Source of the DNA: Chara braunii | Taxonomy: Eukaryota; Plantae; Charophyceae | Assembly: GCA_003427395.1 (NCBI GenBank) | Contig: BFEA01000022.1 | Span: 3,447,532 to 3,511,531 of the forward strand | DNA: 64,000 nt | Reading direction: 5' to 3' | Shown here: piece by piece, positions 13,747 through 24,789 of the stretch | Numbering within the stretch: the first letter of the stretch is position 1 | Layout: each line of letters opens with the position of its first letter | Translations under genes and position numbers: made by a program | The notes under the pieces: generated by a model | The model's input: the letters and a program-made list of their open reading frames with translations, nothing else | Told to the model about the DNA's origin: nothing | Databases searched by the model: none

Positions 13747-14300
13747 TGCCGGTGCAAATACCCTTACAAGGGTATTCGCCCTAGTTTTTGCAAGCGACAG
13801 AAAATAAGTTTGGTTTAAAGGTTAAATATAACGCGCGAGGGCGAGGCGGTGTCTATGGTTTACGTTAGGCTGGATGGTTGACTAAAGCAAAGAGTGTGTG
13901 GGCGCGCAGGCTTGAGGCGCGCGTGATTTTATTTGTTGATGATTGAAGAACTGGCGTGACCGCCGACCATATTTTTATTTCTGATTAAACTAGGATTGAA
14001 AAGATTTATGTCTCGTTGATTGATGTGTTTGCCTGTGACATATGCGTACGTGCGGAGGACGATATCGACAACAACATAAATTTTCAAAACATCTCGGTAG
14101 GTCTACGCGTCGCGCAGTATCCGTTTATTTAAGTGTCTGTCAGAACTCGACCCATCCTTGGGCCTATCACTATTGGTTACAGAATCGGAGTTCCACCCGA
14201 GAGATTCAGGGATCGAAGCCAGCGGACAGCGACCCGTGCATTAGAGCAGCGATAAGGAACCGATGGGTTGAGGGTCCGACGAGGGCATCCCACATGGGTT
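13747..14300 (+). repeat. LTR-like dispersed repeat, paralogous to 50955-51500
   Basis: Colinear similarity starting abruptly at TG(C/T)CGGTGC(A/G)AATACCCTTACAAGGGTAT. Confidence 0.85.
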
Positions 14301-15627
14301 GCTGCGCGTAGGTTAGCTCGGAGGGGCCAAGGAAATTTAGTAGTCCCCTTTACCTTTCCTCGCCGTACGTTTTTCCCTGTTGGTTTTTTCTGGTTATTAT
14401 TTTATTATTATTTTTACTACTATTATTTTTTTGTGGGACGAGGTGTCGGAGCAAATACCCTGACAAGGGTATTTTCCAGGGTTTTTCAACGCCAGACGCT
14501 GTCCGACTTTTTCGCTTAATTGAAGGACTTGATGAGACTGATGTTTGTCAAAAGTCTATTCAGACCAGACCTACGACTAAGAATCTGAAATATTCTTGCC
14601 TAACCTTGAACGTCTGCGACCCACCGAAAAGACGGCGAGGGTCAGCGGTATGGCCAGTCACGTGTCATGTTCAGCACGGTCGCAGGGATGTGTGACCATT
14701 GGCATACTAAATCTGAATTTATTGTACTGAAAACGATGAGCCTATGGTGTTAAATAAGAATCGTCGTCCAAGGGTTGGAATCACGACGATGGTCGAAGGA
14801 CCCAAAAACCTGCTTACTAAGAGTTGGAGGCCGTTGCGGTAGGTGCAGACGGCCAACAAAAGGGGTTGGGCAAGGCAGGTTGGGCCTGCTGATTATAGGC
14901 TGGGCCTACTTGGAGCTGCACCTCTACATATAGAAGAGGTACAGATCTAACTCCCGTAATAGGAGCTAGCCCAGTAGGTTACGACGCTAGACTTTCGCCC
15001 AGCAGATATTGGGATCGAGCCCGAACGCACGGCCCAACTGGGCTAGCTTTTTTTTGGAGCTGCCCGTTGGGGTTGGAGGCGCGGTCGATTTCGACCGCGA
15101 GATCTCGAGATCTCACGGTCGAAAACGACCACGCAGATACTGCATGGCCGCTGCGCAAGGATGACACGCATAAATCGAGAGATGGCCGAAATTGTTTTTT
15201 TTCGATTCCTTAGGGAATCGAACTCCGGCTTGTACATCAACAGGAGGGGGAAGGAGGAATGCCAGCAAGGCTGGCATAGGCTGCAACGGTCGTTGGCTTA
15301 TGCCAAATGCATTTCTAAAAAAAAATACTAAAATTATCTACAGTGCCAGATGGCGCTTCCAGAAGAAAAGGGACTTAGTGTCCCAAAGGAAGAAACAGGC
15401 GCCCATTGAAAACGGGTAGCCGATTTTAGGTAGGTTAGTTTTTGTTTTTTCTGATTTTTTTTCTATTTCTAGATTTTTTTTTAGCTTCTTTTAGAATCTA
15501 GCCGAGCGCCCGTTCGTTTTTAAAACGGGCAGCAGGGCAAGGGAGCGCCTGAACCCGGTGCTTATAGCGCCTGGGTACAGGCGCACGAGAAAGGGAAAAA
15601 TGGGGGGGGGAAGGAATGATTGTGCCA

Positions 15628-15681
15628 GACTGTTTCGTCGGGATTGCACCGACTCGTCAGGGGGTTGCAACCCCGACAGTC
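15628..15681 (-). ncRNA. Type III hammerhead ribozyme, intact
   Basis: Minus strand reads GACUGUC / GGGG UUGCAA CCCC / CUGACGA / GUCGG UGCAAUC CCGAC / GAAACAGUC: all core nucleotides present, three perfect stems, GUC triplet. Confidence 0.93.
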
Positions 15682-15752
15682 AGTCACTCCGCCTGAACAT
15701 GGCGCTGAAGGCGCACATGAAGAGAGAGAGGGGAGGCAACGGGACTGCGACA

Positions 15753-15805
15753 GAATGTTTCGTCGGAATTGCACCGACTCATCAGTAGGTTGAACCTTGA
15801 CAATC
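15753..15805 (-). ncRNA. Type III hammerhead ribozyme, core intact with two stem mismatches
   Basis: Minus strand reads GAUUGUC / AAGG UUCAA CCUA / CUGAUGA / GUCGG UGCAAUU CCGAC / GAAACAUUC. Confidence 0.88.
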
Positions 15806-15856
15806 AGCCTCTGCGCCTGAACCCGGCGCCGATAGCGTCTAGGTTCAGGCACAGAG

Positions 15857-15861
<5 letters not shown>

Positions 15862-15927
<66 letters not shown>

Positions 15928-15960
15928 GAAGGGTACCTACCTACCTACCTACCTACTTAC
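15862..15960. repeat. (GA)n followed by (ACCT)n microsatellite
   Basis: Directly visible. Confidence 0.95.
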
Positions 15961-17769
15961 CTGGTTGGCCCCTCGTCGAAGACTCCAACAACAGGATGAG
16001 CAAAATCGAATGAATCTTGCACTAGAACATGGAAATATACACCCCCACATGTTGTCTTTCCTCCCCCCTCAGTCGAATTCAGGGTCTGAGCCCGTTCATT
16101 CGACGAAACAGGCAGCAGACTGAACTTCAGGTAAGTTTTTTTTTTTTTTTTTTTAGTTTTTTTTTTCCCTTCCCCATTTTGTGGCCATTAGACAGCAGAA
16201 TATGGGGGAAAACGGGAAAAGGGGCAGAAACGAGGCAACTGCCTCGTGAAAAACTATAAAAAAAAATAATAAATAAATATATATATATATATAGATATAT
16301 ATATATTGTCACAGAACTATTCACTAAGACCACAAGCACGTGAAGTAGAAGGAGAAATAAGATGAGCAAAGAAAGGAAAATGAAAGGATAGACAGACAAA
16401 GAGACAGACAAACCAGAATGACACAGAACAATGTCCTCTTATTCTTCGTTTCACTGTATCCTGAAGAAAGGATAAAATAAAAAACAAAAGCACATTGAAA
16501 TCATTCAGTTTCTCACTCTTCTTAACGCCTCATCCACCGTGCCTCTAACGTACGCGGCTCGCCACGTTGATGAAGTTGAGCGCGAGCTGCCCTCATCCCC
16601 GTATGCCATAACAGCCCACTTGCACGCTATGGGAAAGAGGCAGAGTGAAGAAAGAGGTGTTAAACACAAGGAAGAGAGGAGCATATATATAGTCTTTTCG
16701 ACTGTATGGGAGCAAGAAAGACTCCCACCTCAGTTTTGAGACGAGTGACTGGGGTCGCGAGATCTCAGATCTCGTGGCTCACAACGCACGTGTGGGGGAG
16801 ATGGAGAGAAAAGGGGAGAGAGAGGGAAACGAGGTGGTTGGGAGAAGGAGGACCTACTCCTCCCAACTTGACAACTGTCCTCCCCGTTTTCAGGGGAGGG
16901 CAGCAGAGGGAAGGAGTAGGTTGTTAACAGATAACTGCATGCTCCTGGCTCAAATCACGGCCAGGAGCATTGCAATTGAGGAGGTTGGGGTTTTTATTTT
17001 TATTTTTTTATTATTATTTTTTTTATTTTTATTTTTTTTGTGAGGAGACTTGTCCTCACGTGGTGCTAGCTCTGGCAGAAGTTGCCAGAGGTAACTATCA
17101 GGCTCCCGTTTTTTAAGGGAGCCTGGAAATTGAAGGGTCACTAAGGAAAAGGCTAGGTACAACCTTTTCCCCGATGTATCTGCCCTAGGAAAAGAGCCTA
17201 GATACATCAAACTGTAAGGGGTAGTATCTCTCCAACCCCTTACCAGAAAAATAAAAGAAAAACAGATTTACAAATGGCAGGAGCCCAGCTATCTCGTGAG
17301 ATTCCGAGATAGCTGGGAAAAAGAAAAAGAAAAAGAAAAAGAAAAAAGGGCAATTAAAGAAACTTCCCCACACTAAGGTTGTGGTTGTGGTGCGGTCACA
17401 GTCAACCCTGGATCCTGACCAGATCAAGGGCTCACAGTGAGCCCGCGATTTTTGCCTGGGGGCTGGAGTGACGTCCAACCCTCCTCAGCCACTATAAAAC
17501 AGACAGCTGCCCCACGAGCACACTTGAGTGCTGCTGGGGAGCTGAGGTGCTGCCTAGAGACTTCGAGGAGGAAGCTGGAGACCTTCAGAGGAGCGCGAGG
17601 AGAGGAGTTGGGCAGCCATAGCCAAGGCAGGGAGCACTCTGCTCTCCCCGCTTCTGGCTGGTGCTGGTCCCACGGGACGGACCCAGGGACGTGGCAAGGC
17701 TACGGCAGTGCGGCAAAGTGGAATTTGGGCCTGGAGCCCAAATTTTACTAATTTTGGCCTGCCATTTTT

Positions 17770-18170
17770 CCAGTGCTGCCAAAATTTTACATCGTCAGGG
17801 CGGCGGCGACGCGAGTTTTACGGCGGTAGTACGAAAGTGCTGCCAAAATTATGCGGCGGCGACGCGGGTTTTACGGCGGTGGTACGGAGGTGCTGCCGAA
17901 TTTCTGCGGCAGCGGCACTAAGTTTTCCGAAGGTGGTACGGAGGTGCTGCCGAATTTCTGCGGCGGCGGCACTAAGTTTTACGGCGGTGGTACGAAAGTG
18001 CTGCCGAATTTCTGCGGCAGCGGCACTAAGTTTTATGGCGGTAGTGCGGAAGCACTGCCGAATTTCTGCGGCGGCGGCACTAAGTTTTACGACGGTGGTG
18101 TGGAAGCGCTGTCGAATTTCTGTGGCGGCGACACTAAGTTTTACAGCAGTAGTGCGGAAGCGCTGAATTT
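17770..18170. repeat. 54-bp tandem minisatellite, about 7 copies
   Basis: Unit GTGCTGCCGAATTTCTGCGGCGGCGGCACTAAGTTTTACGGCGGTGGTACGGAG; shows as 18-aa periodicity in several ORF frames. Confidence 0.95.
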
Positions 18171-19724
18171 TTTTTTTACGATGGCACAAGATTTACGGGG
18201 GTGACGGCAGTATTTTGCGTTGAGCAGCAACTGGGCATTGACGCAAGGAAGGCGCCGCTAGAGTGGTATAATTTGGGGGTGGCGTGAACTTGGGGGCGCA
18301 ATAACGCGGTGACGGCAGAAGCGATTGGCAGTGACACTTACTGAAAAGTAAGTGAGGGGGTGTTGTGGCAGGTGGTCGCAACAAGAGAGTGATGTCAATC
18401 ACTTTGGTGACGACTGGGGACGACCACCGTCACGTCAACAGGAACGTAATTCGATACGGTCTTCTTGAGTGTGCCGTTCAACTTCACTCAAGGCCAGTGG
18501 TCAGTGGTCAGCCAGTAGACGACTCAGACTCCCTTCACACCTGTGTGCACCCACACATTGCTTGACCCTTTTGCTTTGAATGTTCAGGAGAAAAGGTTGA
18601 GTGGGATTGTGGGCGTCATGCATGAGTGAAAAGGTGGGTCTGATGAGAGTAGTGGGATTTTGCTCGTCTTCTTTTGATTGTGTTGTCTGTGTGTTGTACA
18701 TGTAGGTAGAAGGGTGCTTGCAAAGGAGATTGATCATGCCTATTTGAGGAAAGGAAAAATGATTATCTTTTTTTTTTTTTTACTTGTCACCTGCATGAAC
18801 GTCAAGAAGGTTTCCTTGTTTTGAAAATGTTAATTATGCAGTGTCAGTATTGTAAAAACGAATTCGATTGAAAGAAAGTAGATAAGGTCAAATCGGACTT
18901 GGTTCTTTTCCCAAAGATTGACCCATTCTATCCCGAACGACCTTATCTACCTATACCTGTCCAAATGTTACTCTTTTTATCACCTCTATCTCTTTTTCGT
19001 CTAAGGTACCCTGAACTTACGGAAAAAAAAAAGGGGAACAGTTAAAACCTGCTTGCGGTGAACACATGCTCATCTTTCAAGGAAGCATCTGGGGCGGGGG
19101 TTCATTGCTTTAGGAGCCGACCCTATTATCGACCCTGAGTGGACCGTTCTACGGGGGGGTACTTTGCCGATTCGGTGGAGACGGCTCGACTTTTGAGATC
19201 CGAGTCTTGTGCTCGGGCGAGGAGGAGGAGTACTCCATACCACTTCCTAGAGGGAGAGGCATGCAACACTTCAAGCAATGCCCCTGATCAAGAATCATCT
19301 ATAAAACAACCGTCATCCAAGAAGATTGAGAACGTATGAAGACGAGTGTGTGCGTGTTCAATCTTAGGTCGGCGGTAGGTCGGAATGAATAACTTTGGCA
19401 ACGCATCTCATCAGGTAAAAACTAAGGCAACCGATTACCTTATCGGCTGCCTCAATGTTATTGTTTGTAGCCAACTTCTTGTTGGCGGTTGTATGGCTGT
19501 TTTGTGATAGTCGACCCGAGGCGGTCGGATTGTTTTTTATCTTGTGTTGTTAAATGTATCAAATGATGATTTGGATTCTCCCAGTTATTAATCTGGATTG
19601 GATGTATATTCTTATCAGTTGTGGTCAACTCTTTTTTGTGTAATTATGTATAGTTGTTATAAATTTTGTTTGACGATGTGTCTAAGGGACTAGGATAAAT
19701 AATTTGGTTTCACGCTTGGTTGAG

Positions 19725-20195
19725 ACCGTCCTAGTTGACCGACGTTCGCTTTGTACTTAGGAGATCAGCGCCCTAAGGAACGGACGACGTCCGGGTTCAA
19801 TAGGTGTTTTAATCGCGCGTACCTATACTACAGCGAGCGAGCAAACGCCCTCGGCCAACTCACCTTTACAATTGCATGTAAATGCTTTCACACTTGGGTC
19901 GGTAGCTCGGTAGGGATACACCCCTAAGGGTGGTGACAGCCCCTTAGGGAAGGCAAGCTTATGCCCCGCGGGAACCTGTCCTTTCGTAGGGGACCGCGGG
20001 ATATACAGCTGGCGCACCCGACTAGAGCGGCGAAGGGACGACGTGACCGCGACCGTCTCGGTGGTCCGCGGGATTAATTACGTGTCCTCCCCAAGTTGTC
20101 TCTAAGGTTTCTATTTAAACTCCTGCGTGACATGGCCGGGGAGGGCTTCCGCCTCTTTCGAAAGAAAAGACGGGGGCCGATGCGCTCGACAGCGG
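19725..20195. other. Conserved structured non-coding module, copy 1 (others at 26035-26480 and 62775-63200)
   Basis: Shared ordered motifs CGTCCTAG, GCGTACC, TAGCTCGG..GG.ATAC, CTGG.GCAC.CG, AACTCCTG.GTGAC..GGCCGGG, CCGATGC.CT; hairpins retained. Confidence 0.7.
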
Positions 20196-20872
20196 CACAG
20201 GTTTCAGGGGCCGTCCGAACATGTGCATGATCAGGGTACAAGCAGGAATTCCCCTACTCGTGTCATGAAAAGCCAGGCCGAAGAGGTCAACGTGCGTAAG
20301 AAGGTGGGGTTCGTGGTTGTGGCTTCCCCCCCACTGCTTCGCACTTGGAGAGTGTCAAAAGCCTAGGAGAACATTCCGAGCGGACCTGAGGGACTGCAGC
20401 CTAAGAGTAGCAGGAAATGCCACGAGCGCACGACCCACCACCCGTCGTTTCCTGCGAGAGATTTGGGTGTAAGTATGTTGCAGGGACCCAAAAGTGAGGA
20501 TGTTAAACTGAGCGGGACGAGGTCAAGGCGCAGTGGCGAGGCCGAGGGGTACGTGCGGCTGGTCATATGGGAAACCCACATTCAGGCTTTAAAATTCTCA
20601 TTTGGAATTTTGGCCGCTATCACCGAGATTTGTACTGGGCCCGCCTATCTGGGTCACGTGCTGCATGGCTTTGCAGCGGGTCTGCGCCCTACTGATCGTC
20701 GCGGCATAAAGAATCACCCCGACAGCCGATCATAGGTCGTGCGCCTCAGTGCCATACGTCTTTGAGGTTGATAGTTCAGCGCATGGGTTGTTACACACTC
20801 CCTAAGGGAGATTGACTTTAGTAACCAATGTTTCACTGCTTGTATCAGACGACATCTCTTCGCAGCTCTGGA

Positions 20873-22850
20873 TTAGTGCAAGTGGCGACTTGCGGAGAAA
20901 CGAGAGAGACTGATGAATCCTGGTTGAGAGTCGCGTCGGGTACACGCTGCATGGAGCAAGAGATAGCGGGGCGACGAATCAGGCACGATCGAAGAAAACA
21001 TATATCGCCCGATCCTTACCAGAATTGAGCGAGGGAGGAAGCGTTTTGGGGGTGTCAACCCCAAACGAGTCGGATAGAGAGCTTTGTTTGGTGGTCGGGT
21101 CAGAAGGATAGGAGATAAAGGAGAACGTGCGTGCGAAGGAGAGGTCGGAAGTTGGTTATGGCAGGGATAAAAGAAGGGGGACTTCACTCGATCCTGCACA
21201 GAATCGAGCGAACCAAAAAGTAGACTTGGGGTCTGTGGGTTCGGCGAGTCAATTGGTAATGATAGATTCGGACTAGGCACGATAATTCTAGCGGAGGAGG
21301 TTGGACAGGCTGTGCGGTGGTGACACGGGAGAAGAAGATAGTTGTTACTCATCTTTAATGAGATTGAGAGTAAAGAGGTGTAGGTGAGAGGCTTAGGAGG
21401 TAGGCGAACCCAATGGTGAAGACGGATTGAGAAATTGGTGGGTAGATCCGATAGTAAGGCAAGTTGTTACGTAAAAGTGGAGTGGACCTACTCGTATTTT
21501 ATGGACGGATTCGTTCGATTCTGCACAGCCTGTCGGAGGAAGTATTGTGGGGTCGGCCGCGGGGTTAGAGACCTACCTGCTGGCCAGTGTGCTGATCAGC
21601 CTATCGATGACAGTAGGCCCTCTCTGCCTCTCTGCACACACGGTAGGATAGTGGCGGACACATCCGCGTATATGCGGAAGATTCATTTACATATTAACGA
21701 TTGGATAATCACGACATGCAGTGTAGGGCCGACAGGTGCCTCTTGGAACGTGGTGTTGCTCTCTTCATAGTGGTTGGGATCATACTCCTCTAGATGGCAG
21801 TGCCCGTCATCGTGATCACCTCGGGCATGCAAGCCGGCCTCGAGGTGTTACCAACCACAGCGAGGCAAGATGCGCCCTCAATTTTGCACACCTGCGGAGA
21901 TGTGGCTTGGGTAAATGAGTTTGGTCGAACAACTGGGCAAGTGAAGAAGGAGACTTAGGGGTCCGATACTTATCTGCTAAAGGCAACGACCCGGTGGCTG
22001 AGGAGGGGACGTACCGTCGGCCAACATTCGGTTGGGGGAGGGGGACTAGAGTAAGAAAGCAGGGTGCGAGGTTGCGATCTTACCTGCCAGGGGGTGTAAA
22101 GCCCGACCATCAAGCAGGCCTTCAGCAGGCTAGCGCAGAGGCTGCAGTTCTGTCTGCTAGCCGATATGTTGTTTATCCTGTCAGCCTGTGCAGCGGCAGG
22201 GCAATCACGAAGGTGCAGACTTACCTGCGGACCAGTGCGCGTCCCACTCTGCAAACTAAAGTTGCGAGAAGGTATACTTGTTTGTTGGGAAGGGCAACGA
22301 GAGTCAAACGGCAACGGTTGCGGACTCACCTTTGGTGGATATCGCTGCTCCCTACTGAACAATACCATAGCAGGTCGACGGCGGGGTAAACACTAGGTTG
22401 TTGAACGGGGCATGGCTCATCCTACCAAGCCGAATAGTAGGTAGTGAGCCGCAAGGCTGCAGACTTGCGGAAGGGCTGAGATTATGAGTTGATTGAAGGG
22501 GTGTCTCTACTACAGTATGAGGGGTCGTCCAGGAATCAGCAGTTAGCAGTTTGATTTCTGTTTGACCAAGTTGATGCTGCATCCTTGGCCATCATTGCGG
22601 GGCCCTAAGGCGAATGAAGGAAACAAGGCCCTCTTCTAAGAGTTGAGTCAGTCCCTCTCCTGTATCTCGAGAGTCTGAAACCCCTCCTCCTGCCCTTCTT
22701 ACTCTAAGTCTAGTTTAGTTCTGAGAGGAAGGCGGCAGGTGGGATTGCAACCCGTAGGACTGCAGCAAGACTCTGTGGGGAGTTAGCCCACCGATTGTGG
22801 GAGCTCTGCCGGAACTTAGGAGGAGTTCTGGAGGCAGGGAACTGAGAGGT
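20873..22850 (-). pseudogene. Long decayed minus-strand ORF of unknown identity
   Basis: ORF 20873-21352 extends upstream in frame through isolated TAG/TAA codons; further pieces 21970-22368 and 22352-22582; the 22600-22850 block is paralogous to 27284-27535 with similar translation (KLDLE*E..EGF.TLEI). Confidence 0.4.
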
Positions 22851-23114
22851 AAAAGTTTCATCTCCTTCTATCAACCCAATATAACCCCTATCTGTATCTC
22901 TTGCTATGTTTGATTGAGTATACTGCTTGTACCCTTACTTTGACTTTGAGTTTGACTTTCAGGACTTAAATCAGCCTTAAATAAAGGAATGTATGGGTAA
23001 TGTAAGTTTCGGTTTTGTTGTTTGACTGAAAGCAGATTGTGGGATTGCATCTGGGGGAAAGATGGGAGGAAGGTAATTTTGCTTGAGTTTGACTGGATCA
23101 ATTAAAGGTCGGGC

Positions 23115-23830
23115 AAGTCTCCATAAGTTTGGGGAGGCCCAGTGCTATGTTTATTTTTGAATCACCTCGAGGACTAGACATGTTCCATAAGTTTGGGTGG
23201 TCTGGTTGCTTTGACTTGTAAGGGTTATTTGTGATTGATTTTTTATGAACCATGCACTGTCCCTTAAGTTTGAGTGTCATGGTTGGCTTGTTTATTGTGG
23301 GTTTTCTCAGTTTCTTTTGGTTCTGGGCGAGGGGGTCTGAGCATGTTCCATAAGTTTGGGTGGCTCAGCCCCTTCCTATTTTATTTAAGAGAACGAATCA
23401 GGCAGAGGACCAGACATGTTCCATAAGTTTGGGTGGTTTTTGTTCAATGTCACGCACATGCTGGAACCAAAATGTTATAATTTGGCTATATTTTATTACT
23501 ATCCTACTTATGAACAGGCTAGGCAGACAGGGTTCTATAAGTTTGGGTGGTCTGACTATAGCTTGTCACAAACTGAAGAGACTATGAATTAAGATTTTAA
23601 TTGTGGTACGAATGGGCAGATTGAACCTTGGGCTAAAGATGATCGGTTCAGTTATATACTACCTCAAAAGACTAAATGCAGACAATTATATATAATTGGG
23701 TTATCCTAAACAGTTTACGACTACTAGGGCGGCCTAGTCATATGCCCAAAGAAAAGAAAAGTTGTTGTGCCCTTTGTTTGTGTATATTCAATGGTTAAGT
23801 CATGCATTTTCCATAAGTTTGGGTGGTCTA
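23115..23830. repeat. Repeat-spacer array A: 7 copies of about 25-bp CATGTTCCATAAGTTTGGGTGGTCT with mostly unrelated spacers
   Basis: Cores near 23121, 23185, 23262, 23348, 23421, 23535 and 23811. Confidence 0.85.
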
Positions 23831-24154
23831 GCTTTATGTGTTATGTAAGTTGGGTATAAAGGGATAAAATTATCGAAAGACTATGAACTATTCCTTGAAA
23901 AGTTTGACTTTGGGCTGGTGAGAGTACTTACTTTTGTGGTTTGTCTTTGCATGTGACTGAGTGAAATTACTACTTTGTTTGAGTTTCAGTTGACACGTAG
24001 TTGTTTTAGATGCTCGCCACGTGCTACAGCCAAAGGAGTTAGTTTCAATTCCTGCATTTTGTGGGCTAAGTTTATTTTACTTAGGTCAATTTTTGCATTT
24101 TCTGGGATTATTTATTATACTTGGTCTTGAATAAATCTTGGTAATCCACTTTCT

Positions 24155-24750
24155 CTATGGGAAGCGCTGCCGAAATTTCTACAAAACCAAGGAGTTGGTC
24201 AGATTTTGTTTTTTTTAAGTTCAAATTGTCTGACTTTTATATATGGCTTAGTAAAAATTTGGAAAGTCTCATATTCTAAAGGGAGTGCTGCCAATTTTTT
24301 TGCTTATTTAGGGAGTTAGACAAAATTGGACCTTGAGAAGTCAAAGTCATTTTAGATTATGAACTTAGCTTTGTATAAACCTTGGATTAACATTTTTCTA
24401 AAGGGAATGTTGCCAAAATTTTTACAAATCTAAGGAGTTAGTTAAATTTTGTCTTAGTTAAACTCAGGATTTGCTCTGGGTTCATATCTGACTTAATAAA
24501 AATCAGGAAAGTCTTCTTTTCTACAGGGAATGCTGCCCAAATTTTTACTAATTCAGGGAGTTCGACAAAATTTGACTTTCCAGAATGAGAGATTGTTTTT
24601 TGTTTTCATATTTGAGTTAATATAAATTATGAGCAGGCACTTTCCTACCGGAAGCGCTGCCGAAATTTTCTTAGTTTAAAGGAGATAGATTATATTTTGA
24701 CAGGTGACAATTCTGGCAATCCACCCTAAATAGGAGAAATGCTGCCATAA
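24155..24750. repeat. Diverged tandem repeat, period about 122 bp, 5 copies
   Basis: GGGAx(C/T)GCTGCCxAAxTTT..AGGGAGTT motif near 24160, 24281, 24402, 24526 and 24650. Confidence 0.85.
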
Positions 24751-24789
24751 GTCTACCTTGCATTGGTGTTACTTAGAGGTAGACCTAGG

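Noticed and set aside
17708-18204. 18-aa repeat proteins
   Set aside because: Open in several frames because of a stop-free 54-bp minisatellite; no coding evidence
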